Positions 45,790 through 59,631 of a stretch of 64,000 nucleotides of DNA are shown in pieces. The translations under genes were made by a program, and so were the position numbers. The DNA is taken from positions 5,456,001 through 5,520,000 of the forward strand of contig JBHGNT010000013.1 in the NCBI GenBank assembly GCA_043228905.1, written 5' to 3'. Each line of letters begins with the position of its first letter. Position 1 is the stretch's first letter. This stretch comes from Azolla caroliniana. Lineage: Eukaryota; Plantae; Polypodiophyta. Below the pieces are notes generated by a model. It did not search any database. It was not told where the DNA came from and worked only from the letters and a program-made list of their open reading frames with translations.

Positions 45790-46558
45790 ACTTTGGTTTG
45801 GGCCCCATTTAGTTGCGCGATGCCCTCGAGGATCCCAAAGAGCGGCATTCATTGTCCGTTGCTTTAGATTACTTCGTTAGAATCAAACACCGAGAAAGGG
45901 AATGGAGGTACAAATATACACATACACACAGACAATAAAAGAGAGAATACACAATATGTTTACGTGAAAAACCCTAAACGGGAAAAACCATGGGAATCGA
46001 CAAACTCCAACTATCACTATGTAAAAGAATACAAGAGGGAAACACAGAGGCAACGACCTCCTGCTCACAATCTTCACTTGGTGGCGGTTACAATAGAGAG
46101 TCACTCTATATTTCTCTCTCTCTCTCTCACTCTATATAGCTGTTACAACGATATGACAATAAGACTATTTATAGATATAGCCCCCAATGGGATCACTGAA
46201 ACATATTTACAAATATGTTTTCTAATCCGGTGAGAGGTTCTCACCGAGCCTTCTTCATCCGGTTCTCATCGGGCCTTCATATCCCATCCTGAGGGATCGA
46301 AATCCCAACAATCTCCCCCTTCACTCCGGCATGGGATGTCTTACCAGTCCAATCCACTTCCGACATGCATCCAACTTGTTGGGCAGTAGCACCTTGGTCA
46401 GCATATCCAAGTGTGGATCTTCGTCAACACGAACTCTCGATCTTCCACTCGCTCCCGGATCCAGTGGTACCTGCGTTGGATGTGCTTCGTCCGGGAATGG
46501 TATGCCGCGCTCTTTGCAATGTGGATGGCACTTTGACTGTCGCAGTAGAGCCGATATT

Positions 46559-46992
46559 TGTCAGAACCAAGGATAAAAGATAGAGTGATGGAAGAAGGAT
46601 ATTAGAGAACACGAGAAGAAAGGAACGAAATACTAAGAGAAGAATGGATGTATAAGATAGAGAAAGAAAGAGAATGGATACAAGATATGTAATGAGAGCT
46701 AAACACTGGTGTTGATTCGAATTGATTTGAGAATACATGTATGCCCTTATTTATAGGTTCCTATAGAATAGCTTAGAGATTTCTAGAATGTTCTAGACCT
46801 AGAATGCTCTAGGACATTCTAGAACATTCTAGAATAATCTAGAGGTTTTACAATAATCAATGTAATATAAGAAGTAGCTTTTATTGTTTCATATAACAAT
46901 AAGCTATCTTAATGGTTGAGGTTTTCAAGTATGGATTACAAGGTTCGAGGTTCAAGTCCAGGTGACGCCATAATGGTCATGTGTTCATGATA
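46559..46992. repeat. Solo LTR inserted in Copia RNase H
   Basis: TGTCA...TGATA ends, flanks ATATT/GTATT. Host frame IRQEEY|RLYCDSQSA. Confidence 0.7.
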
Positions 46993-48973
46993 GTATTCTT
47001 CTTGCCGGATCCCTAGCTCTCCAATGAAGTCCTTCATCCATAGTATTTCCTTGCCGGCTTCCACCCGTGCCATGTACTCCGCTTCTGTAGTTGACAACGC
47101 AACCACTTTCTGTAGCCTTGATTGCCACATAACATCTCTCCTTGCATAAGTCATGATGTAATCTGATGTAGACCGACAGTTATCCGCATCAGCCGACATA
47201 TCCGAATTCGTGAATTTGTCAAGTTGGGGTTTATCAGAGCCAAATCAGAGACACATACTCGAGGTGTCCTTCAAGTACCGGAGTATCCATTTTACCGTGT
47301 TCTAGTGCTCTCTTCCGGGATTGCTCATGAATCGGCTCACCACTCCGACTGCATATCCGATATCTAGTCGGGTACACACCATTGCAATACATCAAGCTCC
47401 CGACTGCAGAGGCATATGGTATCTTCATCATATCCGCCTTCTCGGCCTTTGTCTTCGGGCTTTGCTTACTGGATAATTTGCAGCTTGCCGGTAGTGTTGA
47501 TGCAACCGGTTTTGCATCCGACATGTTGAATTGCTGAAGCACCTTTGTCACGTACTTTTCCTATGACAGCCACAATTGCTTCTCCGACCAGTCTCGGATG
47601 ATATGCATCCCTAATATCTGTCTTGCCGGACCCAAGTCCTTCATTGAGAAGGTCTGGTCAAGCGTCTTCTTTAGCGTCTGAATCTTCCCTTGGTCTCGTC
47701 TGACGATCAACATGTTGTCCACATATAGGAGCAGTATCTGGAGGTCATCTCCATTCAATTTCTTCACAAATACGTACTGATCGGCCTATGTCTTGTGGTA
47801 CCCTTGACGGGTCATGAAGGAATCAAACTTCTGGTACCATTGCCGGGGAACCTGTTTCAATCCGTATAGGCTCTTCTTCAGCCAGCAAACCAGGTGCTCC
47901 TTCCCTTTCTTTATAAATACTTCCGGTTGCTGCATGTAGATCTCTTTTTCGAGGTCACTGTGGAGGAACGTCGTCTTCACGTCTAACTACTCTACCTCAA
48001 GGTCCATGCTTGCCGCTGTGCTCGGCACCGTCCGGATGGAAGTCATCTTTACTACCGGGGCAAATATTTCGTCGAAGTCCACTCCCTTCTTTTGCTGAAA
48101 CCCCTCCACCACGATCCTGGCTTTGTATCTCAGGGGGTTACTGGAATCTCCAAGTTTCAGCTTGTACACCCATTTGTTCTAGAGTGCCCTCTTCCCTTTC
48201 GGCAACTCCACCAATTCATAAGTGTGGTTCTCATATAGGGAATCCATCTCATCCTGCATGGCACTTAACTAGTTTCGGCTATGGGTGTCCTCCTTTGCAT
48301 CATCAAATCTTTCTGGCTTCCCCTCACCGGTTAGCAACATACGCTCTGCATCCGGAAATCTCCGAGGGGGCCTTCACTCTCCAAGAGAATATATCTGACA
48401 TTGGCTTTCGGCAACCGGCTCCTTCATTTGTTCTTCATCTGAATCTGATTAGGGGTCCTGTCCGGTTCCAGTTTCCACTTCCTCTTCTTTTTCTTCTTCG
48501 GTCGGTTCGGGTTCTGCTTCAAAACCGGCCAGTTCTTCGAGTGTCAGTCAGCTCCTTGCCAGGTAGGTCCATGTCTCATCGAACTGATCCTTACCGGTCG
48601 ACTCAGAGTTCATTATCTTCTTCTCTGACTCCCAGTCGGCAAGGTCTTGTCCTCCATGAAGATAATATCTCGACTCCGAAACACCTTCTTGTCGACTAGG
48701 TCCCACACTCGGTAGCCGAACTCATCATCTCCGTATCCGAGGAATATGCAAGACCGGGACTTTGGATCCAGCTTTGCTCTCTAGTCCTTTGCAACATGGA
48801 CATAGGCAAAACACCCAAACACCTTTAGATGTCGGTAAGACACTTCCTTACCGGTCCATACTCTCTGCGGTGTGTCTCCGTCCCAGTGTACTGAGGGTGT
48901 TCTATGTATCACGTACATTGCTTTCGACAACGCCTCAACCCAAAACATCTTGGGAAACTTGGCATGTGCTAGC

Positions 48974-49603
48974 TGTTAGGAAACAGGTCCCTCCGGATAG
49001 GAAGTGAGAAGAACAGTGTTGATGAGAATCCGGATGTGGAGTACCTGGCAACGGAAGACCCGGTGAGAACCGGATGATGAGTACCCGACAAGGAAGATCC
49101 GGTGAGAACCGGATGTTGCAGGCCCAGTGAGAACCTCTCATTGGATGGAAGGGGCAAATATGTAAATATGTTCCAAAGAGCCCACTGGGGCTATATTTGT
49201 AAATAGCCCGAAAGTCATATTAGTATAAATATGACCTAGAGCAAACTTAATAGTAATGATGATAGAGTTATTGGTATAACTTTTGTATAGTGCGTAAGAG
49301 AGAGAGAGAGAGCGATATACAGAGATTGTGTCTCTATTATAAACCGCCGCTAGGCGAAGATTGTGAGCAAGAGGTCGTTGCCTCTGTGCTCCCTGTTATA
49401 TTCTTCTTACAGAGTGATAGTTTGGAGTCTGTGGACTCCCGTGGTTTTTCCCTCTCAGGGTTTTCCACGTTAATATCTTGTGTATTCTCTTTTTGTTTTG
49501 TGTACTTACCTCCATTCCCATTTCGTCCGTGTTTTGATTGTCATCAAGTGATCTACGCTTCGGTTGTGGCTGGAGCATCAAGTAATCCGCGTATTGCACA
49601 TCA
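48974..49603 (+). repeat. Solo LTR of the Tork-like family inserted in integrase
   Basis: TG..CA ends, flanks CTAGC/CGAGC. The empty site CCAGC is seen in the paralog at ~52039-52043. Confidence 0.82.
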
Positions 49604-52600
49604 CGAGCATACTCCGGACTCTCTCCATTACAGTCTGGTTCATCCTCTCGGCCAGCCCATTTAGTTCCGGCGTCTTGGACACGGTAAATTCGAGCCGGAT
49701 TCCCTTCGACCAGCAGTACTCCTCGAACTGCCCCCGGTATTCTCCTCTGTTATCTGCTTGAACCGCCTTCAGCTTGTGGCCGGTTTCCCTTTCCACTCTC
49801 GCGTGGAGCTGCTTGAAGACGGATAGTACCTGATCCTTGGTGTTCAACGGTGTGGACCACAACTTCCGACTGTGGTCATCTATGAACGTTACGAAGTACT
49901 ACGATCTGGCATGTGACTTCGTGTCTACTTGACACACATCGGTATGCACCAACTCAAGTGGTGCATTCGATCTCATTGGTGGCCTTGACCGGAAGGAGGT
50001 TCAATTTTGCTTACCGGCTAGGTAGTTGGTGCACTTCTCAAGTTGCACGTCTTTCACCGGAATGAGGTTGTCTTCGGCAAGCCTTGTCATCCCCTTCTCG
50101 CTCATATGACACAATCTCTTGTGCCACAACTCACCGGTAGTGTCGGAAGCAACGTTCACTTCTTCCCGGCATAACTGGGCGTTCATCAAGTAGAAAGTGT
50201 TGACTTTCCGGGTCCGAGCCACTATTAGGCTCCCTTTGCTGAACTTCATTAGCTTGTTCCGGATGCTACTTGTGTAGCCTTCATCATCTACCTGATCGGC
50301 TGATAGTACGCTTTGTCGAACCTCAGGAACGTGCCGAACATCCTTCAGCAGCAACTTGCATCCGGTTGGTGTTGTCAACCACACGTGTCCTATGTCGACA
50401 ATTCGGCATGTTCCTTCATTCCCCATCCGGACACAATCGTGCTCACTGGTTGTGTAGGATGAGAAGCATTTCCGGTCTAGGGTAAGATGGAACGATGCTC
50501 TAGAATCGAAAACCCATGTTGTCTGGTTGTCGGCAAGGTTCAACTCACTCTCCTCGGTGATGAGCATTAGTTCCTCTTCACTTGCCGCGATCGTCGTCGT
50601 TCCCTTCCGGTCCGGTCCTCTCCAATCCGAACCATTTCGGTCTGGAGACCGCTTCGAATCGGTGTTGTCAGTTCCCTTGTCCTTCCAGAAATGCTGAGTG
50701 TTCTTCTGGAAACGGCCCGGCTTGCCGCAATAGAAGCAAGCGTGCCTCCCCGTTGACTTTGGCCGTGTCCCCAATTTTTCCCAGTTCTTGGGACTCCGGT
50801 TTCTTTGCCTTCCATGTTCTGATCCGGTAAGCAGCCCTTTGGGGCCCGAGATCACCTCTTTGTCTTTTCGACATGCCTCCTCATCTAGCAAGCTCGACTT
50901 GACTCTCGCTAGGGATAGTTGTTTTCCTTCCGGCCCAACGTTGCCCAATGTGACAACTAATGTCTCCCAACTATCTGGGAGGGAACCGAGTAGGAGTAAT
51001 GCTAGTACCTCATCTAGAAGAGGTACTTCGAACGACGTTGCCTGGTGTATCAGTCCCAGGAAGGAATTAATGTGCTGCGGCATGCTAGAGCCATCTTGGT
51101 ACTAGAGCCTCACTAGCTTCTGGAATATCGAAAGATAATGTTTGAAAGATAATGTCGATCTTCTCCTAGAGCTCATGAGCCTTGCTCTCTTCATTGAAGT
51201 TGTTGTACATGATCATGGCGATGAAGCACCGGATGTACGCCATTTGTCTTCATGTGCATCACTTCCCATATCATGGCATCAATCTTGTCTGGTCTTGCGT
51301 CCCCGAACTGCACCGGCAGCCAAAGATCTTTAACCACGAGCATGTCCCTCAACTTCGACTTCCACACTAAGTAGTTAGAGTTGGTGAGCTTGAACATGCT
51401 GCCAAACAAATCTTCCATTCTTTATGTTGTTCGCTCTGATACCATATTGTTGCAAAATACGCGGAATATTACTCGGCCACAACCGAGCCATTAGATTACT
51501 TCGATAGAATCAAACACCGAGAAAGGGAATGAAGGTAAATATACACGTACACATAGACAATAAAAGAGAGAATACACAATATTTTTATGTGGAAAACCCT
51601 AAACGGGAAAAACCACAGGTGTCCACAAACTCCAGCTATCACTATGTAAAAGAATACAACATTGAAACATAGAGGCCACGACCTCATGCTCACAATCTTC
51701 GCCTGGCGCCAGTTGCAACAGAGACTCACTCTATAGCTATCTCTATCTCTCACTGTACAACTGTTACAATGATAATGGCAACTACTTCATACTAAAATGG
51801 TTTGCGCTAGGAATATCCAAGGCTGGAACTTTGGATCCAGCTTTGCTCTCTAGTCCTTTGCATCATGCACGCATGCAAAGACACCCAAACACCTTCAGAT
51901 GTCGGTAAAACGCTTCCTTACCGGTCCATACTCTTTGCGGTGTGTCTCCGTCCAAGAGTACTGAGGGTGATCTGTTTATCACGTATGTCGTTGTCGACAG
52001 CGCCTCAGCCCAAAACGTCTTTGGTAACTTGGCATGTGCCAGCATTCTCGGGACTGTCTCCATTATGGTCCGGTTCATCCTCTCGGCCAGTCCGTTTAAT
52101 TCTGACATCTTCGGCGTGGTAAATTCGAGCCGGATTCCCTTCGAGCGGCAGTACTCCTCGAACTACCCCTGGTATTCTCCTCTATGATCTGCTCGTACCG
52201 CCTTCAGCTTCTGGCCGGTCTCCCTTTCCACTCTCGCGTGGAGCTCCTTGAAGACGAATAGCACCTGATCCTTCGTCTTCAGCGGTGTGGCCCACAACTT
52301 CCGGTTGTGGTCATCTATGAACGTCATGAAGTAGTGTGATCCGGCATGTGACTTCGTGTCTACCTGACACACATCGGTATGCACCAGCTCAAATGGTGCA
52401 TTCGGTCTCATCGATGGCCTTGACCGGAAGGAGGTCCGGTTTTGCTTACCGGCCAGGTAGTCTGTGCACTTCTCCAGGTGCACGTCTTTCACCGGAATGA
52501 GGTTGACTTCGGCAAGCCTTCTCATCCCCTTCTCACTCATACGACACAATCTCTTGTGCCACAGCTCACTGGTAGCGTCGGAAGCAACGTTCACTTCTTC

Positions 52601-52921
52601 CCGGCATAACTGGGCGTTCATCAGGTACAAAGTGTTGATTTTCCGGGCCTCGGCCACTATTAGGTTCCCTTTGCTGAACTTCATTACTCTGTTCCGATAG
52701 TACAATGATAATGGCAACTAATTCATTCTAAAATGGTTTGCCATAGGTCATATTTATACTAATATGACTTAAAAACTATTTACAGATATAACCCCCAATG
52801 GGCTCCCGGAAACATATTTACAAATATTTCTCTTCATGCGGTGAGAGGTTCTCACTGGGCCTTGTTCATCCGGTTCTCACTGGGGCTACATATCCCATCC
52901 AGAGGGATCGAAATCCCAATA

Positions 52922-54363
52922 GGTATGCACCGCCATCGAATTGGCTTTGTGCTTGATTACGAAGGCAAGGCTCGTTCCGGCTCTCCTTGAGCCTTCTGCC
53001 TAGTGCGATCTTTGACGCCTATCTACATCTCCTTGGCTTGATCCAGCTTTGTCCGAATCATCTCGTTTTCTCAAGCACTGGCTCTCTCTATGGCCCTTCT
53101 TGCCACATGACAATCAACCCGTTGCGTCCTTCCCTTGCCGGGTCCCGGAGCCGCTATGACTCCCCCTAGTTATGGAGTGTCCATAGCTGCTTTTGGCATT
53201 TTAATTATGCCGACCTTTCTACTCTGGTCGACCGCCTCCATTGCGCACCGATCCGCCTCGTCCACCATGACCACAGGGCTTGTTTGCCCCCGTGTATAAC
53301 ATCTTGTCATCAGTGTGTGTATTCGTCGACGCACCTACATGGTTTTCCTCTAAGAGCAACATCGATTGAAGCTCAAAGGAGAATGGCATATTCTCCCTCA
53401 TGTAGACCGCCGTTCCGAATGCACCGAACTTTGACCCTAGCCCACCAAGACAAACCTGCACTATTTCATGTTCCTTGACATTCACGTTGATGGAGGAAAG
53501 AAAGTCATAGAAATCCTTGATTTGGGTTGTATAGTCGGGCAAAGACAAATCTTTCTATCGGATATTGCTAAGCTCCTACCTAAGCTGCAACTTCCTTGCT
53601 ATTGTGCTAGTGGCAAGAATCCTCTTGAGATTCACCCACGTATCCTTTACCGTCTTGCCATCCCGAATGTAGCTCAAGAACTGGTCGCTCATACAGGATG
53701 CAAAGTAGTAGAGAATTCTGCTTGCCGCTTGTCCCCAAGTCAGAAAATCTCCGTGTGTTGATTTGGGTGTTGCATCATTAGCTCCTTGGACATAACTCCA
53801 ATAAGCAAGACCGAGCAGGTACTGGTGCATCTTGTATGACCAAGATGCGTAGTTGCTCTTGTCGAGCTTCTCAGTGGGTAGCGAGCTTCCCATTCCTCTG
53901 TCCATATTGTCATCATACCTTTTCCAGAAAACAAGGAAACTTGACTTTGTCTTTATCGCTTGCTTTTCTATCGGCTACAGAGGACACATTGTAAAAGAAT
54001 ACATGCAGAAACTCGTGTGTAAAATACACAGAGTACACTACTCGAAAATATGACAATTTGGTAAAACACAGAAAACAAAGAGAAGAAGAAGAGGGAGAGA
54101 CGTCGAGATCAGACAACAGTTCTATTCCAAGAAAATAACACATTGTACATAGGATGCGCTCAAAGAGCGCTTTTATACAAGTCCATACGGACTGAGAGAA
54201 GGATTAACTCATACTTCAATGCTCATCAATGAGCCCCTACACTAACTCCCAAAATATATTCCTCCACGGAATATCTATCCAACGGCCTCTTGCTTTACGC
54301 ACCGCTACAGCCTCTCGTTGCGCGCCTGATTTATGCACCCAATATTGAGCTTGTATCTCAACA
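52922..54363 (-). mobile_element. Copia X-3 5' portion (LTR 53990-54363, gag)
   Basis: MDRGMGSSLPTEKLDKSNYASW. LTR TGTTGAG...TTACA. PBS deleted. Confidence 0.88.
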
Positions 54364-54974
54364 TGAACTATCGATAATTTAAATGTCATGATGGATTACT
54401 ATTCTTTAAGAAACTCTTGTATGATCCTAATGGTTCTTGTCACCTTCGAGTAGTCCAAAATTGTCATGACACATATACAACTGGGAATTTCGGTAGTACT
54501 AAAACATTACATTTAGTACAACGATCATTTTGGTGGCCTCATATGGGGCGATTTGTCGAAGACTATGTTCGGACATGTCATACATATTGTATAGCAAAGA
54601 TGCTAAGACATCATCCATATGGTTTATTGGAACCATTACCGATTCCAAGCAAGCCGTGGTAATCCATTTCTCTAGATTTCATCACAGATCTTCCAGTTTT
54701 AAAGGGATTCGTTGCAATCTTAACAGTAGTAGATCAATATACAAAGACGACCCATTTTCTGCCTTATACTAAGGAAATCACTATTGAAGAAACCACCGAA
54801 ACCGTCATGCGTGAGGTATGTTGGCATCACACCCTTCCCGATAGTATCATTAGCAACCATGGACCCCAATTCCTCTTAAAGTTCTAGAAGCACCACTTCA
54901 AAATGCACAAGGTCACTTGTAACCTCTCCTTCACTACCACCTACGAATAGATGGACAAGCAGAATGAACAAATC
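54364..54974 (+). mobile_element. Chromovirus-type (Tcn1/Tf-like) Gypsy integrase fragment
   Basis: CHD..G..KT...[41 protein letters not shown]. Confidence 0.8.
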
Positions 54975-57900
54975 TGTTGAGAGACAAGCTCAACATCGGC
55001 CGGATCGGCTGAAGAAGCCGAGGACCAGATCGGTTGGGACCGATCGGTTAAGCCGAATGCGTAAACCGGTACGCAGACCGGTGCGTAGGTAGGGCCGGAT
55101 TGGTGCGTAAACCGGGAGGCCCTTAGGGAAGATATTCCGTGAGGAATATATTTGGGAGTTAGTGTAGGAGCTCTTAATTAGCATTGAAGTACTGTCAGTA
55201 CTTCTGTCAGTCTTTCTAGGACTTGTATAAAAGTGTTCATTGAACACACATATGTATAGAGTGGTGAATAGAGATTGAGTATTTTTTGTTGAATATAGTT
55301 CTTGTGTTTTCTCTCTCTCACTCTCTCTGTCTCTCCCGCGTATACTGTGTAAGCTCAAGGCTCTCCATTAAACCTGAGTTTTCTTCCTTCTGTTCGGTCT
55401 TCATACTTGCTTCCGCACGCTACTTTTTACATGGTATCAGAGCGCGAGGGTTGAGAACCTCTCTGCAGCCAACACAGCTTGATGAAGAAGAATAAGAAGA
55501 ACGATGGATAGAGGAATGGCGACCTCGCTACCAACAAAGAAGCTCGACAGAACCAACTACGCGTCTTGGTCCTCTGTGGAAGGAGCTAATGATGCGGCAC
55601 CCGAATCGACACAGAGAGACTTCCCGTCGTGGGAGCAATCGGCGAGCAAGGTATTATACTGCTTCGAGTCGTGTGTGGGCGAACAGCTATTGAGCTATGT
55701 TCGGGATGCAAAGACGACGAAGGGTGCGTGGGAAAATCTGAAGAAGATTTTCGCCGTGAGCACCACAGCCAGGAAGCTTTAGCTCCGACAGGAGTTGAGC
55801 AACCTACGACAACGCGACTTGTCGGTGGTGGACTATACCTCGAAGATCAAGGATATTTGCAACTCCCTCGCCTCCGTAGAGGTGAACATCGAGGAGAGCG
55901 AGATGGTCCAGATCTGTCTCGGAGGCTTGGCGTCAAAGTTTGGAGCGTTCCGAACGGCTGTGTGTACCCAGGAGAATACGCCATCCTTTTTCGACTTACA
56001 GTCAAAGCTCCTGGTAGAGGAGAACACGCGGGTGCGTCTACAAGCACGCACACCGACAACAGAATGCTGTACACGGAGGGAGATAGGCCCCGTGGACGTG
56101 GAGGACGAGGCGAGTCGGCACGCAATGGAGGCAGCCGACGAGATCCAGGAAGAAGGCACCGAAGTGATGCCGACAGCAACTCCGGACCCTCCGGAAACAG
56201 GGGGAGTCGAAGCGATTAGAACCGGCAAGGGAAGGCCATCGCGGAATGCTGGTACTATGGCAAGAAAGGCCACAGGGAAAGTGAGTGCTGGAAGAAGCGC
56301 GCCGATTCGGAGAGAACCGGTTCCGGAAACGGCTCCGGACATACCGACAAGGGAAATCGGCAGCATCGCACTATGCCGAAGACTTCGGGAGAGCCGGAGA
56401 AGGGTCTGCCTTCGTGACGAGACACGAAGCAAACTCAATGAAACAGACCACCTCGAGATCGGATGAGGTGTGGTACGTAGACTCCGGCGCGTGAAACCAA
56501 ATGACGAGCCATAAGAAGTGGTTCTTGTACCTTGAAAAACCGATACAACCTGGAGTAGTCGCAACTGGAGACGACACTCCGCATCCGATCGCGAATGTCG
56601 GAGAAGTTCGCCTTAGCCATGTCGGGCAGAAAGGGAAACTCATGGACGTGTTGGACGTTCCAACAATCACGAAGAACTTGGTCTCGGTCGGACAGATCGT
56701 CGACCAAGGGATGGAGGTCCGGTTTACACATCTCGGGTGCTTCATTCAGGAAGAAGGCCGTGTGATTGTGCCCTTCGAGAGGATGTTCATCCTCGACTCC
56801 ACTGACGGCGGCACCGCAATGTTCGCGAAGGGACAAAAATCTGAGTTGGACATCGACTTGTGGCACAAGCGGATAGGCCACATCAACTACCAGCGGCTTC
56901 AAGATCTGCAATCGAAACAGGTAGTGTTCGGATTGCCCAAAGTGTCGACGCATGACCTATATTTCGGAATGAAGCCGAACTTGCGACACTTGAGGGTGTT
57001 CGGTAGCATTGCGTATGTGCATGTACCGAAGGAGAAAAGGAGGAAGGTGGACACAGAGGCCGAGAAATGCATCTTGGTGGGTTACTCGGACGAGCAGAAG
57101 GGTTATAAGTGCTATAACCCTCGCACCAAACAAGCGTGTGTTAGCCGCGACGTTGTGTTTGACGAGTCTGCGTCCTGGTACCAGCCCCCGACTCCAATCC
57201 GAGCTCTGACGATGAGGTCAGCGAGGCCGAGATGCCTCCGCATGAGCCCGAAATCGAGACCCGCGAAGAGAGTCCGATTTCACTCCGTTTAAGTGGACCG
57301 ATTGGACGACTGAGTCTGTACGACCAGTCCGATGAAGAGTCGGCGAGTAGTGGAGACTCGATCGTGCATTCCCCGCGCAGGAAGCCGAGGAGACGGCTTA
57401 CGCGCAAAGAGAAAGGGAAGAAAAAGGTATCGGATTCCGGCACGGATAGGAACGAGTCAGACCGACGCGAGTCCAACTCCGAGGGAACCGGTGATGGGTC
57501 TTTAAAGGTGAAGTCCGCGTCGACCAAGAAGGCCTCGACATTGGCTAATGTGAGATTACGCCGATCTACCCGCCAGAAGAATCCTATTTTGCGGTTCGGA
57601 TACAACGAGTACATGGCGCATCATTATGCGTACATGACCCGTGTAGCGGAAGTGCATGAGCCGAAGAGCTACGCAGAAGTGGCTAAAGACGCGAATTGGC
57701 GTGCCGCGATGGAGGAAGAGATGCACGCATTGGCAGAGAACGAGACCTGGGACCTGGTTGACGCACCAAGAGGGGTAAAACCAATCAGGTGTAGGTGGGA
57801 GTACAAGGTCAAGGACAACACTGATGGCTCGGTCAACCGATACAAGGCTCGACTAGTGGCAAAGGGCTACGCGCAGAAACACGGCATCGACTACGATGAG

Positions 57901-58993
57901 ACATTTGCGCCGGTCGCGAAAATGACGACCGTCCGTGTTTTGCTCACCGTAGCCGCAGCCAAGGGGTGGCACCTACATCAGATGGATGTAAAGAATGCAT
58001 TCCTACAAGGTGACCTTGAGGAACAGGTGTACATGGTACAACCCCCCAGATTTCACTACGGAACAAACTCCTCGGTAGTATGCCGACTGAAGAAGTCCCT
58101 TTACGAACTGAAGCAAGCCCCGCGTGCCTGGAACGCGAAGATCACGCAGCAACTGTGTCGGATGGGCTTCGTCACGTCAAAATCGGACTCTTCCCTGTTC
58201 ATCCGGAAAGGTCGACTCGAACCGGTCAGTATTTTGCTATATGTTGATGACTTGGTCATCACCGGCGTCGACCTAGGTGAAATCGACCACGCCAAGCTCC
58301 AGCTTGCGGTATCGTTCGACATGAAGGATCTGGGGGACCTTCATTACTTCCTTGGGATCGAAGTGATCCGTACCCCCGAAGGCATATTGACCAGCCAACG
58401 TCATTACGTGCTGAGTATGCTCTTCAAATTCGGGATGGCCGACTGTAAGTCCGTCTCGACTCCTCTAGAGACAGAACCGTCAAGCTTCGTCCCGATACGG
58501 GAAAGGTATGCGACCCGACCAGGTTCCGACAAATTATCGGAAGCCTCATATACTTGACCATCACCCGACCCGACCTCAGTTATCCGGTCGGAGTGATCAG
58601 TCAATTCATGGCGCGACCTACCAAGGAGCACCTTCAGTGTGCGCAACGCATACTTCGGTATGTCAACGGCACTAAGGACCAGGGACTGCTATATCGAACC
58701 GGTGCAGCCGCGCAGTTAGTCGGCTACACCGATGCTGATTGGGCTGGCAACGCCGCCGATCGCCGATCCACGTCCGGATACTCGTTCTCCCTCGGGAGTG
58801 CCGCGATCGCGTGGAGCAGTAAGAAGGGGCCGACAGTTGCACTATCGAGCACCGAAGCTGAGTACCGAGGAGCGGCTGTCGCGACATGCGAAGCCATATG
58901 GTTGAAGCGGCTCCTTAAGGACCTGCAAGAGGAGGTGTCAAATCCGACGATGATCTACTGCGACAACCTCAGCAACATCCAGCTCGCGAAAAA
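54975..58993 (+). mobile_element. Copia X-4 (5' LTR 54975-55431, PBS 55432-55443, gag-PR-partial IN-RT-RH), interrupted at 58994
   Basis: Perfect TGGTATCAGAGC. IN core deleted near 56942. RT LLYVDD and RH YTDADWAG. Confidence 0.92.
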
Positions 58994-59631
58994 TGACGGG
59001 AACCCAACGTTCCTTATGCGCGACGCTCGGCCACAACCGAGCTTAGAATGATACACAGAAGACGGGAAATAAAGCACGACAAGAAGAAGGAAAGAATACA
59101 CAGGAGGTTTACGTGGAAAACCCCAAACTAGGGGAAAAACCACGGCAACCCACGGGATGCAAACTGTCACTATGTGGGAATATACAACAGTGAGTTCACT
59201 GAGGCACCAACCTCGTGCTCACAAATCTTCGCCACAGGCGGCGGTTACAACAGAGGTAACGACCTCTTTCTCTTTCTCTCTCTCTATGTACAGTTACGCA
59301 CGCTAATCTCATGCAAAACAGAAAACGACAACAACACCCTAAAAAGGTTTGCCCTAAGTCATATTTATACTAATATGACTTTTTGGCTATTTACAAATAT
59401 AGCCTCGATGGACTATCAAAAAACATATTTACGAATATGTCTCTTCATCCGGTTCTGGGTAGCCGGGTACTCTTCATCCGGTCTTCACCGGGTCTGCATC
59501 ATCCGACACTCGGTAGCCGGGTACTCCTCATCCAGTCTTCACCGGGTCTGCATCATCCGACTCTCCGTGGCCGGGTACTCCTCATCCGGTTCATACCGGG
59601 TCTATACCATCCAGCTCTCCGTAGCCGGGTA
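58994..59631 (-). repeat. Tork-like Copia LTR with 36-bp tandem repeats (59445-59631), interrupted by Gypsy C
   Basis: Shares ACGTGGAAAACCC and repeat units with LTRs at 45863, 48974 and 36752. Confidence 0.8.

Larger units (their letters stand above)
44150..45862 (+). repeat. Tandem array of ~290-450 bp units, each containing a tRNA-Asp-derived sequence
   Basis: Five units with spacings 446, 339, 316 and 289. Units 3 and 4 appear identical. Confidence 0.92.
45863..52921 (-). mobile_element. Tnt1/Tork-like Copia element, degenerate, with nested solo LTRs
   Basis: 3' LTR ~45863-46310 (truncated) with PPT at 46313-46322. RH/RT 46330-48300, IN to gag 48600-51418, PBS TGGTATCAGAGC 51433-51444, 5' LTR 51448-52921 with an insertion. 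Confidence 0.88.

Noticed and set aside
44150-45862. CRISPR-like repeat/spacer array
   Set aside because: Units are ~300-450 bp, the spacers are homologous to one another, there are no cas genes, and the context is eukaryotic.
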